DNA of 63,456 nt, the filler included, from Olpidium bornovanus S191 (taxonomy: Eukaryota > Fungi > Olpidiomycota), in the NCBI GenBank assembly GCA_017911155.1. It is 30 parts of 30 records of this genome, joined end to end, with 100 filler letters (N's around TTAATTAATTAA, not from the genome) between each part and the next. Parts side by side here need not be neighbours in the genome. Positions count along the whole stretch, not along the records: positions 21,694 to 23,474 come from JAEFCI010007750.1; positions 23,575 to 24,668 come from JAEFCI010005633.1; positions 24,769 to 27,534 come from JAEFCI010010656.1; positions 27,635 to 29,512 come from JAEFCI010006689.1; positions 29,613 to 32,209 come from JAEFCI010012979.1; positions 32,310 to 34,003 come from JAEFCI010010569.1; 24 more parts are not named here. One strand, given 5' to 3'. The first letter of the stretch is position 1. The number at the start of each line of letters is the position of its first letter. This document shows positions 22,258-34,003 of the stretch, piece by piece. Both the position numbers and the translations under genes were made by a program. Under the pieces are notes generated by a model. It saw only the letters and a list, made by a program, of their open reading frames with translations. It ran no database searches and was not told where the DNA came from.

Positions 22258-23417
22258 ATGGGCCTGTGCAAGTGGTACGCTGCCGGTCCTCCCTTTCTCC
22301 TTTCTCCTTTGGCGTTCGCTTCCGAAGGTCCGTTGTTTGGCTTGCACAGTCCCGGCGGGGGAGACGAGGGGAGAAGAGCAGGCGCGACGGGGAGAAACCA
22401 CGCGCTGCAATTCTTCTTCTCCTCCTTCTTCTCCTTCTTCTTTTTCTTCTTCTTCTTTGTCCGGACTGTGAGCTGGAGCTGTGTGTGTGCGCGTACTGGT
22501 GTGAGATGGGGGTGGGAAAGTGGTTGGGGGTGAGTGTTTGCCGCGTTTCGCGGAGCGTATTCTGTTGTTCTCACAGCAGTTCCACTTCTCTCGCTCGTTC
22601 TTTCGCCACCCACTCTCTCTCTTCCCTCCTCCCACTTTCTCCGGTGGCGCGTCCTCTTTCTCCTCCGCTGTCACGGCAGCCGCGTGGTCACCAACCTGTT
22701 CTGCTTTGACCACAAGAAAAACGTCTGCGAGAGGTGCATATTTGCCGACCACCAGCGGGTACGCGAGAGGCCCCAGGCGATTGGGGAGCCCCGATCGTCC
22801 CGGCCCAAGAAACGCTCCCGCAAGTAGCCGCGTGTAGCGGTCGATTCTTGTCGGAGGGGAGGGGAGGGAGAAAGGGGGTGGTTGGGGAAGCGTGGGGGAG
22901 TGTGGGGCGGAGGGAGGGTCCGGAGCTTGACGATACATAGGCGCAGGCGAAACGTCGGACACAGCGGCGCGGCTTGGACGATCCAAGCAACGGACGCTGC
23001 CAAAACGGGCCTCGGTAGGCCCAATCGGAGCTGGCTGTTGGAATCGTCAGCCGACTAGGAAACACCCTCCGCCGCCGCGTTTCTTGCGATCTCGCGATGC
23101 TCACAAGCAAATACGCCGCCCGGCGTCCTTCAACTCTTGACGTTCAGTGCATAATACGTTCCTATCTGCAATGGTTACAAGACAGCGACTACGAGAGCAC
23201 CTGCGGTATCTGCAAGCAGGGCCTAGACTCGGGTGCAGTAGTGCGACTCTGCTGCATTGGTTAGTTTCCCACGTCTTTCGTCGCAAAAAAAAAAAAAATT
23301 GGGCGTGTCTGCGGCTGGCTAATTATATGCCGGGTTAAATCGCAGACCTGTTCCATGTCCGATGTTTGGATGACTACGCCGCTCGTTTGCCCGAGAATAC
23401 CCCGTCGGCTGCGTATG
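22258..23417 (+). CDS. ZFPL1: Zinc finger protein-like 1 (B-box-like plus PHD/RING), 3'-truncated
   Basis: Exons 22258-22274, 22680-22758, 23148-23259 and 23346-23417 give [54 protein letters not shown]...DLFHVRCL, closely matching the ZFPL1 N-terminus. Confidence 0.92.
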
Positions 23418-23949
23418 GTGGGTTCCACAACACAGACCCAAGATCGCGCTCGTCGGGACCGTCCACTATTGTCGNNNNNNNNNNNNNNNNNNNNNNNNNN
23501 NNNNNNNNNNNNNNNNNNTTAATTAATTAANNNNNNNNNNNNNNNNNNNNNNNNNNNNNNNNNNNNNNNNNNNNACTCCAATTGCCAGATAAATTCCCTT
23601 TTGGGCCAAAAGTTTGTCCGCTTAAAGTTTTTCCGTGACCCTTAGTGACAATGTCACGAGATGCCAATTGACAATTCCTGTGTAGACATCCCATGACATC
23701 GCCTTGTGCGATCGCGATACATCTCGAGGTATGTCCTGTTTATGTTGGGGGTCGACGGCTGTGTACGATAACACCCAGTCGAACCTGCCCCTGGCTTTAG
23801 TGGCAGCAGAATCCGTATCCGCGCCACCCCAAAAGAAAGAAGAAAAAAAAGTTTTGTGCCCGCTCATCGACTTCGTTGACCCGCATAACACGTATGCACG
23901 CTCTACCTTCGCTCCCCTCCCAAAGCTTTCCCTGAAATTTCCTTTGCCG

Positions 23950-24170
23950 CCCCTTCGCGCTCCGGCGTTTTGCTTCGTTCCCCTCGCTTTCCCGTCGTGT
24001 TGCGCGCGTCGCTTTCCCGTCGTGTTGCGCGCGCGACCTCAAAACGTTCTCTTTATTTTCCTTCTCCTCCCCCCTCGCGCTCCGGCGTTTTGCTCCGTTC
24101 CCCTCGCTTTCCCGTCGTGTTGCGCGCGCGACCTCAGAACATTCTCTTTACTTTCCTTCTACTCCCCCCT
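23950..24170. repeat. Tandem duplication of about 100 bp, with an extra internal 24-bp duplication in the first copy
   Basis: CGCGCTCCGGCGTTTTGCT.CGTTCCCCTCGCTTTCCCGTCGTGTTGCGCGCG...GACCTCA.AAC.TTCTCTTTA occurs twice. Confidence 0.92.
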
Positions 24171-24331
24171 CGGCATGTAGAATTTGCACACTTATTTTGA
24201 ACATTTGTTGATATGCAGATTTTGGCCACGCGGATCGATTTCGGAATTAGCTAAACGCTACGACTACGTTCAGCCTATATTTTCTTTTAGCTAACGAAGC
24301 TTTCCGACAACATGGCGCAGAGCCACGTCTA

Positions 24332-24668
24332 CTTCGCCACGCAGGAGATCTCCCCCAAAAAAACGTCTGGGCAGCGCTCCCAGTTCTGGCAGCACGCGCC
24401 GTCCGCATCCTTGAAACCGAGGGCCTGGACGAAAGCGTAAGGGTAGAGGCAGCACCACTCGCCCTGGCGGCACGTTCTGCCAGCGACATCCCAGTCGCCC
24501 TCGGTCACGTCGGTTTGGCAGTATCGCTTAGGGGGGTCACCTCCGTGCATGCATTCTACTTCATTGGGTCTGTCCGGGTGCGGGCACCGCTCATTATCGA
24601 AGACGTTGGTCTTGCAGCACGCGCCGTCGGCGCCTTCCGGAACCACTCCGTCTGGGAAGATGCAGCAC
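24332..24668 (-). CDS. Cysteine-rich repeat protein fragment, 5'-truncated
   Basis: Open frame from the contig edge: CCIFPDGVVPEGADGACCKTN..ERCP....CCLYPYAFVQALGFKDADGACCQNWERCP. It contains two CC..ADGACC..ERCP modules. Confidence 0.65.
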
Positions 24669-24768
24669 NNNNNNNNNNNNNNNNNNNNNNNNNNNNNNNN
24701 NNNNNNNNNNNNTTAATTAATTAANNNNNNNNNNNNNNNNNNNNNNNNNNNNNNNNNNNNNNNNNNNN

Positions 24769-27120
24769 CATGACGAGGTACAAGTCCTCGACTACCATTT
24801 CGGAGCGGAACCTGCCCGGGTGAGCGGGGTTGTACTTGGGGCCGAGGACGTCCAAGCGCATCCCCGGGCGGAGCGTGCCCGAATACAACCGTGCGACCCC
24901 TACCAGTCTCTCCGTGCGCTTCTGGCGTGGTTGCTGCTGTTCTTGCTGGCAAGGAGACTGCGCAGAGGCAGAGCTCGCTTCGCTTCCGGCGGTGTCTGCG
25001 GGCCGCACGGGACTGGCTGACGGGGACGGCGACGCGCAACACGCAGACAGTTCTGGCGGCGCGCGCGGGCCTTCCGCTCCGCCGGCACCTTCAGCCGACT
25101 GCTGCGAGAGGAGCCGCTGCGCGCGCGCCTCTCGACCCCTCTGCCTCAGCTCGTCGGCCGAGAGCTGCTTCCTCCTGTTCTCCGGGAGGTGCTCCTCTGG
25201 CACTGAGAACACCTTTGAGACGTATGCAATGCAGGGCGCCTCAGCCCGCTGGTCGCACTCGTAAAGCGCCCTTTCCACGTCGTTCTCCGGCTCCGTCGTG
25301 GTCGAAGAGCGCAGAGAATTTGACGGATGCAGCAGGCGTGGAAGCCGCAGCCTCTGCGCGGCCGTCGGAGACGGAAGGTGTTCCACCACAGTCCTCAGAA
25401 CGGCTGGTGCCAGCGGCATCCACTGAGACATAATCGTCGATAACAACGCGCGACTGTCTTTCGACTTCATCTCCCTAGGAAAAACCTTCAACAAAAGGGC
25501 GCTTACGATCTTCTCAACTTTCTGCTTGTCCCTAAAGGTTTCGTAATTTTGGTTAGAACGACAAGCCGTACGAACAACAATCCTGGTCCGGTGTCATCGC
25601 CCCAACTTACCCCTCAATCATAACTGCTTCGTAAACTTTCCACACATTATCCAGGACAAACTGCACGAACATTGGTTTCAGATTTCGGCCCTTCAGGCAT
25701 TTCCACGTCACCACCTTCTTCGTTTTTGTATCCAGGTAATAATCGCCCCAAAGGCATCTTGCGAGCAGCTTTTCAGAGATTCCCAATTTGTTCGCATACA
25801 GATTCGCAAAGTCTTCAATGCGAAAAGCCCATCCGTCAAGGGCCGAGGCAAAAATGACGTTCCCCTTCTCGGGGCTGAAGTACAAATCCTCGTCGTCAGC
25901 GTCCGACAGAGTCCACTGCTCGTACAGCGCAGATGACAGCGGAGTCAAATCTGCGTTTTCGACGTTCACTTCAACAGATTCGGCCTGCAGGAAGTTGGAT
26001 GGCCGTTAAAAAACTTCTCCGCACGCAGCATTTCTAGCAGATTCTCTTTCCTAGGTAACACGCGAAAGAAGAAGTCCTATAGCAGCCAGACGGAGAATTT
26101 GCAGAAACGGAGGCTCCAGTCCCACCGACCTGCAAAGTGTTCTTCGCTGCCTTTTTCCGCCTCAACTCGTCCTCTTCCATCCGCTGGCCGGTCCACATGC
26201 TGCCCACCACGGCGTTAACTGCCTCCATGATCTTCCTTAGGTGATCGTACGCTTCCGCCGGCGTCAACCTGAGCTCCGTGACCAGCCGGTCAATCTTGTT
26301 GATCACAAGCACCGGCACCACGCCTTCCACCCAAGCTTGCTTCAGGACGGTGTGTGTCTGCGTGCAAACGCCTTCCACCGCGTCCACGAGTACGAGCGCA
26401 CCGTCGCAGAGGCGCGACGCGGTGTAGACTTCTGACGAAAAGTCTACGTGGCCGGGCGAGTCAATGAGATTCACCAGGTATGACTGCTCCACATCTGACA
26501 AGACTTCTGAAAATAGAGCGCAGGGACGACCAGTCGTTAGGCCAGTTCCCAACACTGCCAGCGGGCCATCTCGCAGACGATTGGGAACAACTGTTGCCTT
26601 CCACTGCGCACGACCGCGCCAAAAGGGCGCGGCATCCCGCAGGCACAGTACGCTTACCTCCAAACGCTTTAAAGCCGGGACCGTTCTCTGAGGCCGGACT
26701 CCGCTGTTGCTGTGCTCCCGTCTCCCGCTTACTCGAACTTCCCGACCGCATCCTGAACAGCAGCGAAATCGCCGAAGCTTCCATGGTAATTCCCCTCTCC
26801 TGTTCGTCAGGCCTGCTATCCAGGTATCTCACTTTCCCAGCTAACTTCGAAGATATTATCCCGTTTGAGGCAAGCAGTGAGTCCGACAACGTTGTCTTCC
26901 CGTGGTCGACGTGAGCCAAGATGCAGATGTTCCTTCTCGCATCGGACTGGGGTGTGAGCTGGACCGGGGACGCGGGCAGCTCGGGTTCTGCCCCGGATGT
27001 TTCCGGATCGCCTTCGGCTCCTCCGTCTTGTTCGCCGCATCGCCCTGGCCCATCCCAAAGCTTCTCTTGACCCAGTCCCCTCATCAGGGCGATTAGCGCC
27101 GACGGCCGAACAAACGGCAT
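24769..27120 (-). CDS. EFL1: Elongation factor-like GTPase 1 (60S maturation; yeast RIA1), 3'-truncated
   Basis: [99 protein letters not shown] and [11 protein letters not shown] in order over several exons. Confidence 0.95.
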
Positions 27121-29612
27121 TTTTGGTTCCGCGGCTCCGCGCTTTCGGACGTTGGGGTGCGGCTGATTATGCTTCGTAAGGGTTCAAGGCGACGGCGACC
27201 CTCGCCACGACGGACTCGCCGACCGCGAACGACACTTCCTGGCCGTCGCTTCCGGCGCTCCCGCCGCTTCGTTACGCCCGTCGCGCTGTTTCTGCCGCAA
27301 AGTGCTGCAGAGCGGGCGGGGTGCCCGTGGTCGATTCCGGTTTCTCGAGTGGGGGCACGGGGGAAAAGGAGGGCCGTCGGAGAAAGAGTTTCCAAGCCGG
27401 AAAAAAAAAAAAAATCGCAGGTTCCGTCACGAACGTGCGAGCGCGGGAAGCAAGAGTTGGACGGCGTGTGACCGGTGAAATAGTGGATGGAATCAAAAGT
27501 GCGGGCGTCAAACCACACTTTATTCGGCACCATGNNNNNNNNNNNNNNNNNNNNNNNNNNNNNNNNNNNNNNNNNNNNTTAATTAATTAANNNNNNNNNN
27601 NNNNNNNNNNNNNNNNNNNNNNNNNNNNNNNNNNCATGCCAAGGAAGAGCGCAATCCCAGCTGCAACGCTGACGCCGGCGGCCGTCACAGTGCGGCCGCG
27701 ATCGTTTGGCAGCAGGGTGCGGCTTCGTTCAGTTTGAAGCCGACGGCCGCGGCGGCTTGCCGCCGGTGTACTTCGCCAAGCAAAAGTACGAGTAGGCTGG
27801 GATTTCCTCCGACGGCGGGCACCGCTCGTTGGCGGACGAAGAGGCTGCGGGCGTCGAGCGTGCTCGCCTAACGACAGAGGAGCTGTGCATTGAGTTACGA
27901 GCCGTGAGGGACTCGTCTTGGGCTTCACTGAACGACATTAGCATGAAAGCGCGGACGTGATGTTTAGAGAGACGGTCACTCTTTTCTTTCGATGCCCGTT
28001 TCCGGACGGAAACGTCCACATTCGACTGGTATTTCCGGGCGGAAATGTGCTCGTTCCCACAGGCAATCCGGGCGGGCGCGCACCAGGCCCAACACCTTTT
28101 TCGGCGTGGAAAACGCGCTGCCGCATGTCGTTTGCGTCGCGCCTGGCAGTGTCCTTGCATTTTGACGGTTGCAAGGAGTTGATGGCAGCATCAGAGAGCG
28201 ACATCGCGTTGTGGGTGAGGGGCGGGTGACACGGTCCGCAGCCGTCAAATGCTTTGCGGCGGATGGCCGCGTCACAGCACCGCTCGCTGCCTAACCTCGA
28301 CGGGAGATAGACAATCAGGAGTATCGTTGGTCGGTTTCGCGGACGTCCCGCCCTATCATCAACTCGTTTGACGATTGTCGCAGCGCCATGTTTCCCGGGA
28401 AAGGAATGGCGTGACACCACCAGCGCCAGCGCGTCCACGGGCCATGCTACTCATAAGCGGAGGGAGGCGAGGGCGCGCTGACGCGCCATTTAGTTGCCAA
28501 CGTCCCGGGTACAAATCCAATCGTCTGCAGAGAAATACGGCCAAATCTGGGATGAATTTTAGCCATACATTTTTCTATGGGATGCCATATTAAAACAAGT
28601 CGAAATATACGCTTGACGGCAACACCCCTCTCTCGCTCTTGCCGAGCTTTGCGCCGTTCGGTGTGTTTATTCGGAAGATATTGGTTTTTGATACTTACCA
28701 AGGGTCTGGAGGGCGGGAGTAGCAGCTGATGAGCTAAATTTGCAGTTCTGTGTGGTACGCGTTGAAGCATTTTCGTACTATTCAGACATAAAATCGCGTC
28801 ACAGCGCTAGCACTTCCGGGCGATCTTAGTGTTTCTATCGCTTGCTCCGTCATGCCGTGCAGCACGAACCGGCAGGAAACACCGTTTGCGCAGGAAATAG
28901 GAAGGTGCTTGCCGGGAAGGAAACACGTCTCCGGAAGCTGCTTGGTTACGGTTGCGCTTCTTGGAGTCCGGGGAAATATGAACGAAGCTGGGTCGCTGAT
29001 GTCACCGCTGTTCACGGAAGTTGTAATGCCATGGCGACACTGGTAATTTTCGTAGTTTTCGTCCTGCGACTTCCCGTGGAAAACATATCTGAGTTTTAGG
29101 TTTTTATGCACGGAAAAAGAAGAAGCCCTTTGACGCTTTATTCCGATTTCCAGCGGTCTATTTTCATGGAAGATTTTGTTCCGGCGTGCACCCTTCAGAA
29201 GGGGGATGTCTGTTTGGTGTGCTTCCCTTGCTCTTCGAAGGGGGTGGGATCCGTTCTCACACGGGCACCTGGCGGTTCAAGCGTGCCCCAATCAGGCATC
29301 TCGCCTGTGCGGCCTATGCCTTCTTCTGCCGCTGGCGATAGCGGTTCCACAGAAAGATTGACTGGAACGCTCTGCCGCTTCAAAAACCTCAAACAGCGTT
29401 GACAGAATAATTTAGCCGAAGACAGAAAATTTGGGCTGCTTACTGTGTAATTTTTGATGCTGGTTTGTAATTCGCGCGTCGCTAAATTGATATAGCGACC
29501 GGCGGCCACATGNNNNNNNNNNNNNNNNNNNNNNNNNNNNNNNNNNNNNNNNNNNNTTAATTAATTAANNNNNNNNNNNNNNNNNNNNNNNNNNNNNNNN
29601 NNNNNNNNNNNN

Positions 29613-30734
29613 CATGACCAGAAACTACGAGCATTGTCCGCGGCAAGCGAAGCTGGTCAGGAAAATGGCGCGTTCCAAGGAATTCCGGAAGCACCTCCAC
29701 AGGAACAGGTTCTTGTGGAACAAGGTTTTGAGAGATCGGGAAAAGCAGGTTTTTTGCCTTTCTGTGCAGTTGCGCGAAATCTAGGACCAACTCTTTGCTT
29801 GCAAATCCAAAAAAAAAAAAAAACACACAAACAGCTCCGCTCGATTCTCGGCAGGCCCCACAACCCCGGCTGGCCGGCCCGGAGCTTTTTGGCGTACCTG
29901 GACTACCTCGTGCCGCGCCGCTGCCACCTCCTTCCGCTCCCCTGCAACAGGAGGCTCACGTCGTGCTTGACCGAGAAAGACGTGGACGCGATCCTCGACA
30001 ACGCGCACTGGGAGTTCGAGCACCTTTTCCGGGATGGCGACCACGCCGAGGCCTTCACGAGGGCCACCACCGGGCCGTTCCTGGCGGAGCTCCGCGACAG
30101 CGTTTTCCGCCATGCCAAGGCCGCTTCCGAGAGAGGCAGGGCCAAACCCCCGCGGTACAACGACGGGTCGGAGGATCTCAGAAACAGCGCGTTCGAGCTC
30201 TACTCCACTCACGGTACGTAGAGCTTCTCCTTCTCTTTCCCTCCCCCCCCGCCCCCCCACCCCCTTTTTCTTTTTCTTTGTGCGCAACGCGGAAATTCCC
30301 CACACTCCAGATCTCTTTTCTTTTTTTTTTAATGCGGGGGCATTTCCTGCGTAGAGGAAACAATCGCCGCTCTTCTCGGCGCGTTCAAAGCGAAGTACGT
30401 GCACGTGCCGCCGTACTCCAGCAACATCGTCGTCGAGCTCTGGAGAGACCCCGCCGGCGCGGGCGAGCCCGGCGGCTACGACGAGTTCTTCATCCGCATC
30501 CTCTACAACGGCGAGATCGTCGAGGTGCCCTGGTGCGACCTGAACGCGTGCCCCGTCGAGTGGGTGTGGCAGTACACCAAGCCCCTCATCCCCGACGACG
30601 TGGAGGCCGAGTGCGGGACGAAGTATTTCAAGGGCGATTCCGGCGACGGCGACTTTGACGAGTTTGACGACTTTGACGACGGCGCGATCGACCCCGACGT
30701 CGACGCCGACCCGGCCGCCGGCTTCGCGGCATAA
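29613..30734 (+). CDS. Histidine acid phosphatase (His_Phos_2, clade 2), C-terminal part
   Basis: YEHCPR; LYSTH|EETIAALLGA across intron 30214-30354; PPYSSNIVVELW; IRILYNG; PWCDLNACP; acidic tail. The RHG catalytic motif lies off-contig. Confidence 0.82.
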
Positions 30735-30999
30735 ATGGCGAGACGCTGCGGCGGCGGGAAAACTTTTTCGCGCGCGCCGTTGCGACGAAGGATAACCGCT
30801 GCCCCCTCTCCCGTCCGTTCCCCCCCCCCCCCCTCGTCTTAAGGGCAAGCAGGCTTGGAGGGGGGGGCCTCGAGCGAAAAAAAGAATAAAAAGTCAACTT
30901 GCCCGGCCCCCCCCCACCCCAGTTCTCCTTTTTGCCACACCCGCCCGCGCAGCTCCTCTTTTCTTGGCATCTTCGCGTCAACGACACTTTGCTCCTTTT

Positions 31000-31033
<34 letters not shown>

Positions 31034-31034
31034 T

Positions 31035-32209
31035 GTGAACGAGTCAAGCCTCTTCGATAACGGCGTCCGGAGCCCCGGGGCGCCACGTCTCCCCCTTTCA
31101 CCCGACCGTCACAAACACCACAGCCGGCCCCGTCGGCAGACGCGGTGGAAGGGTAGGCATGGACCGGTCCCGGGTGCGTCCTTCTCGAGACCGCTTCACG
31201 CCCTGCTTTTCGTCGTCGAAATTGTTAATTACGGGCCCGCCCCGTCACTGCTTCCCGAGCTTCCCCCCTGCGGTCGGGGTTCGTCGGCCGCCTACGTATC
31301 TCGTTTCGAGACTCAGGGGTACGTAGTTCTACCGTTCTTTTCTCAACGCTATTCGTCAGCCGCTCCCTCGACCTCGCCCGCACTCACCTCGCCTTCGGTT
31401 GGTTCTTGTACCGTCCCGTCGATTTCGAGAGCACCGCCACGCTTTTTGAAGAGCTTCAGGCATTTCGCAGCCGCGCGGTCCTTCAGCTCCGTGCTGTCGA
31501 GTTCGCGGAACCGGTAGGTCCCTGTCGCCGGGAACTTCTCCACGATCACGAACGGGCCGAATCAACGACGCGCGAACTTCCGGTGCGTCCTGCCCTCCAT
31601 TTTGATCCGCTCATTGCGGCGCAGGACCCAGTCCCCCACTTCGAGCGGTCGCGGATGCAGTCGTCGCTTCGCGTCGACCCGCCTCTTTTACTTCAGCTTT
31701 ACCTCCCGCATCGTTCGGATCGCTTCCTCCTTGTTCTCGCCGCGGCGCAGGAGCTGCTGGATACGAAGCTCTAAAAGCTCCTCCCTCGTCAGGTCGTCCT
31801 TCCACGGTAGCGCCGCCCACGTCATGACGGCCTCCTCGATCGGCAGCGACGGCCTGTTCCCGTGCATCAGTTCGATCGGCGCGAACCCGGTGGTTCGATG
31901 GGTCGTGCATCGGTCCGCCCAGAGGGCAAACGGGAAAACATCGACCCACGCTGCTGCTTCGAACTTCGCCATCTTGACGAGCGCGCTCATCAACGTCTGG
32001 TGGCCCCGCTCTGCCTTGCCGTTGGCTTCAAGGTTGTACGCCACGGTAAAGTCAATACGCACTCCGAATCGGCCGAAAAACTCACGCACCTCGCTGGCGC
32101 GCAGCTCGCCCCGGTCCGCCCGAAATCGATTACAGGGCCCGTATCGACAGATCACCTCTTCGAGCAGGAAGCGACCCACGCTCGCCGAGTGCTTGCTCCG
32201 TAGCGGCCG
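31035..32209 (-). mobile_element. Ty3/gypsy integrase pseudogene with a possible PPT and 3' LTR
   Basis: RYGPCNRFRADRGE, AYNLEANGKAERGHQTL, ALWADR and TTGFAPIELMHG, then a GPF/Y-type tail. Stops at 31688-31690 and 31562-31564. A purine tract precedes TGACGG at 31247; LTR limits are tentative. Confidence 0.9.
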
Positions 32210-33102
32210 NNNNNNNNNNNNNNNNNNNNNNNNNNNNNNNNNNNNNNNNNNNNTTAATTAATTAANNNNNNNNNNNNNNNNNNNNNNNNNNNNNNNNNNN
32301 NNNNNNNNNAAAAAAAAAAAAGAAAAAAAAAAAAATAAAGTCGGCCACGCATGATTCGGGAGGTATTTGCGTTCGGGACCATGGCAGGCCATGTCAAACG
32401 TGGTCCTGCGCCGGAAGCGGTCACGACGGTGCGCAGGTTGTGGAACCCGCTTGCGGATCGGCGAAGGAAGAAAGCCCCGACGCGGAAGGGGGAAAGCCTT
32501 ACGCCGGGAAGATGGCGCTGTTCACTCCGGCGCTTTGGCGCCAAGGCGGTCGCTGGCGGCCGGGATACTCCGGAAAGGGAAGCCGTCTCGATGCGTGGCC
32601 ACTTCCCCCCTGTCGAGTCGCCGGGAGCAGCTCCTCCGCGCGGCCCGCGGCCGGTGATGGAAGCCCCTCTCTAAGTCGCGCGCACCTTTTAAGTCGTGCG
32701 CAGCGTTCCACGTCTCCTCTGGTCCGTCGCGGGTCCTGGACATCGGCTGCGGTGAGGGCTTCCATCTGGCCTTCCTATACCCTGCGGCGGGGGCAGCCGA
32801 ACGTGCCCAGGTTGACGATGGGGACATCGAATCGGAGAAAATTAAGCGGTCGTTCGAGGATAGCAAACCCCGGCGACTTTACCCACCTGAGGCGTTTGCC
32901 GCTCGTGGTCGAGCTGTGCGAAGATTTGGCTCGAGCTCTTTCTGGCGCGAAATGCAAGGGCGCCGGAAAACTAACAATTCTCAGAAAACTGACACGAGTT
33001 GACCGACCCTGCAGGATCCGCGGCCGTCGCACACGACAGGCTCCGGGGGTTCGATGCGGCGATATGCATCGAGGGAAGCGTGCGTACCGCTGCCAGTTAC
33101 CA

Positions 33103-34003
33103 TCAGGCAAGCCCCAACTCGCGCCGGGCACTGACTGCGAATCTCTCCGCAGTGTTGAACATCTGGATTCGCCTGTCGTCGTCGCCCTGCCGAAAACATT
33201 CTCTGATTATAACCGCCCAAAGGTTGTCGAATTTGACACCCAATGGTATGGCCCTGTAGGTTGCAGCGATCTCGGCGGCGCTCTAAATGCCTCCTTCACA
33301 CTCTCTCCGTTACGCTGTTCTGCACGCAGTGGAATTTGACGTTCATTTTTGTCAGTCTTACACTCCCGCCGCGCGGAACCTAGATGTGTCATAACGACCG
33401 CCTGTTCGTTTGAACACGAGAACATTTCCATGAACGCCGCCATCTCCGAAACCGCTACGCCAATCCGCCTGTTTTGAGAACAAGGAAATGATTTATAGAT
33501 TCACATTTATCGGCCAGGTGCACATGAGAGACCGACCAGTACTGCGACGCCTTCCGATTCACCGCCGTAAAATTTATAGGCGAGTATAATCCAGAAACGG
33601 GCTAGTGAACCCAACCCAGGTGTGCATCTTCGACGACCTGGAGGACAGACTGGCATCTCAGCCTTGGAGCAACAGGGTCATACCGTCTGGCGGCGTCATA
33701 CAAATTTCCTAGTACAGCGCACCGGACGCCTTGCTGGCGGAGACCTTATTCGTCGTGAATGGCTTTGTCGCGTACATTTGCACGAAGTTGACGCCGGGGG
33801 AGCCGCTTATATTGGTGCTCGCCACCTCAGGCTGGAAGCTTCACCTTTTGGAAAGACGCTGGAAAGTCTGCAGTGTTTGCTGCATGTCCGTCAGCTCACC
33901 AGCTGCCGCCAGAAACTCGGTGCACTCCTTGAGAACAAAGCGGACTCGTTTACGTTCGTCCTCCTGCTGGAGCGGGAATCTCTGGCTTTCGCGTGCCGGG
34001 GCT
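33103..34003 (-). CDS. Unidentified multi-exon helical protein, C-terminal part
   Basis: Splice-bounded segments RVRFVLKECTEFLAAAGELTDMQQTLQTFQRLSK, RIGVAVSEMAAFMEMFSCSNEQAVVMTHL and ECFRQGDDDRRIQMFNTAERFAVSARRELGLA*. Exon joining is not fully resolved. Confidence 0.35.
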
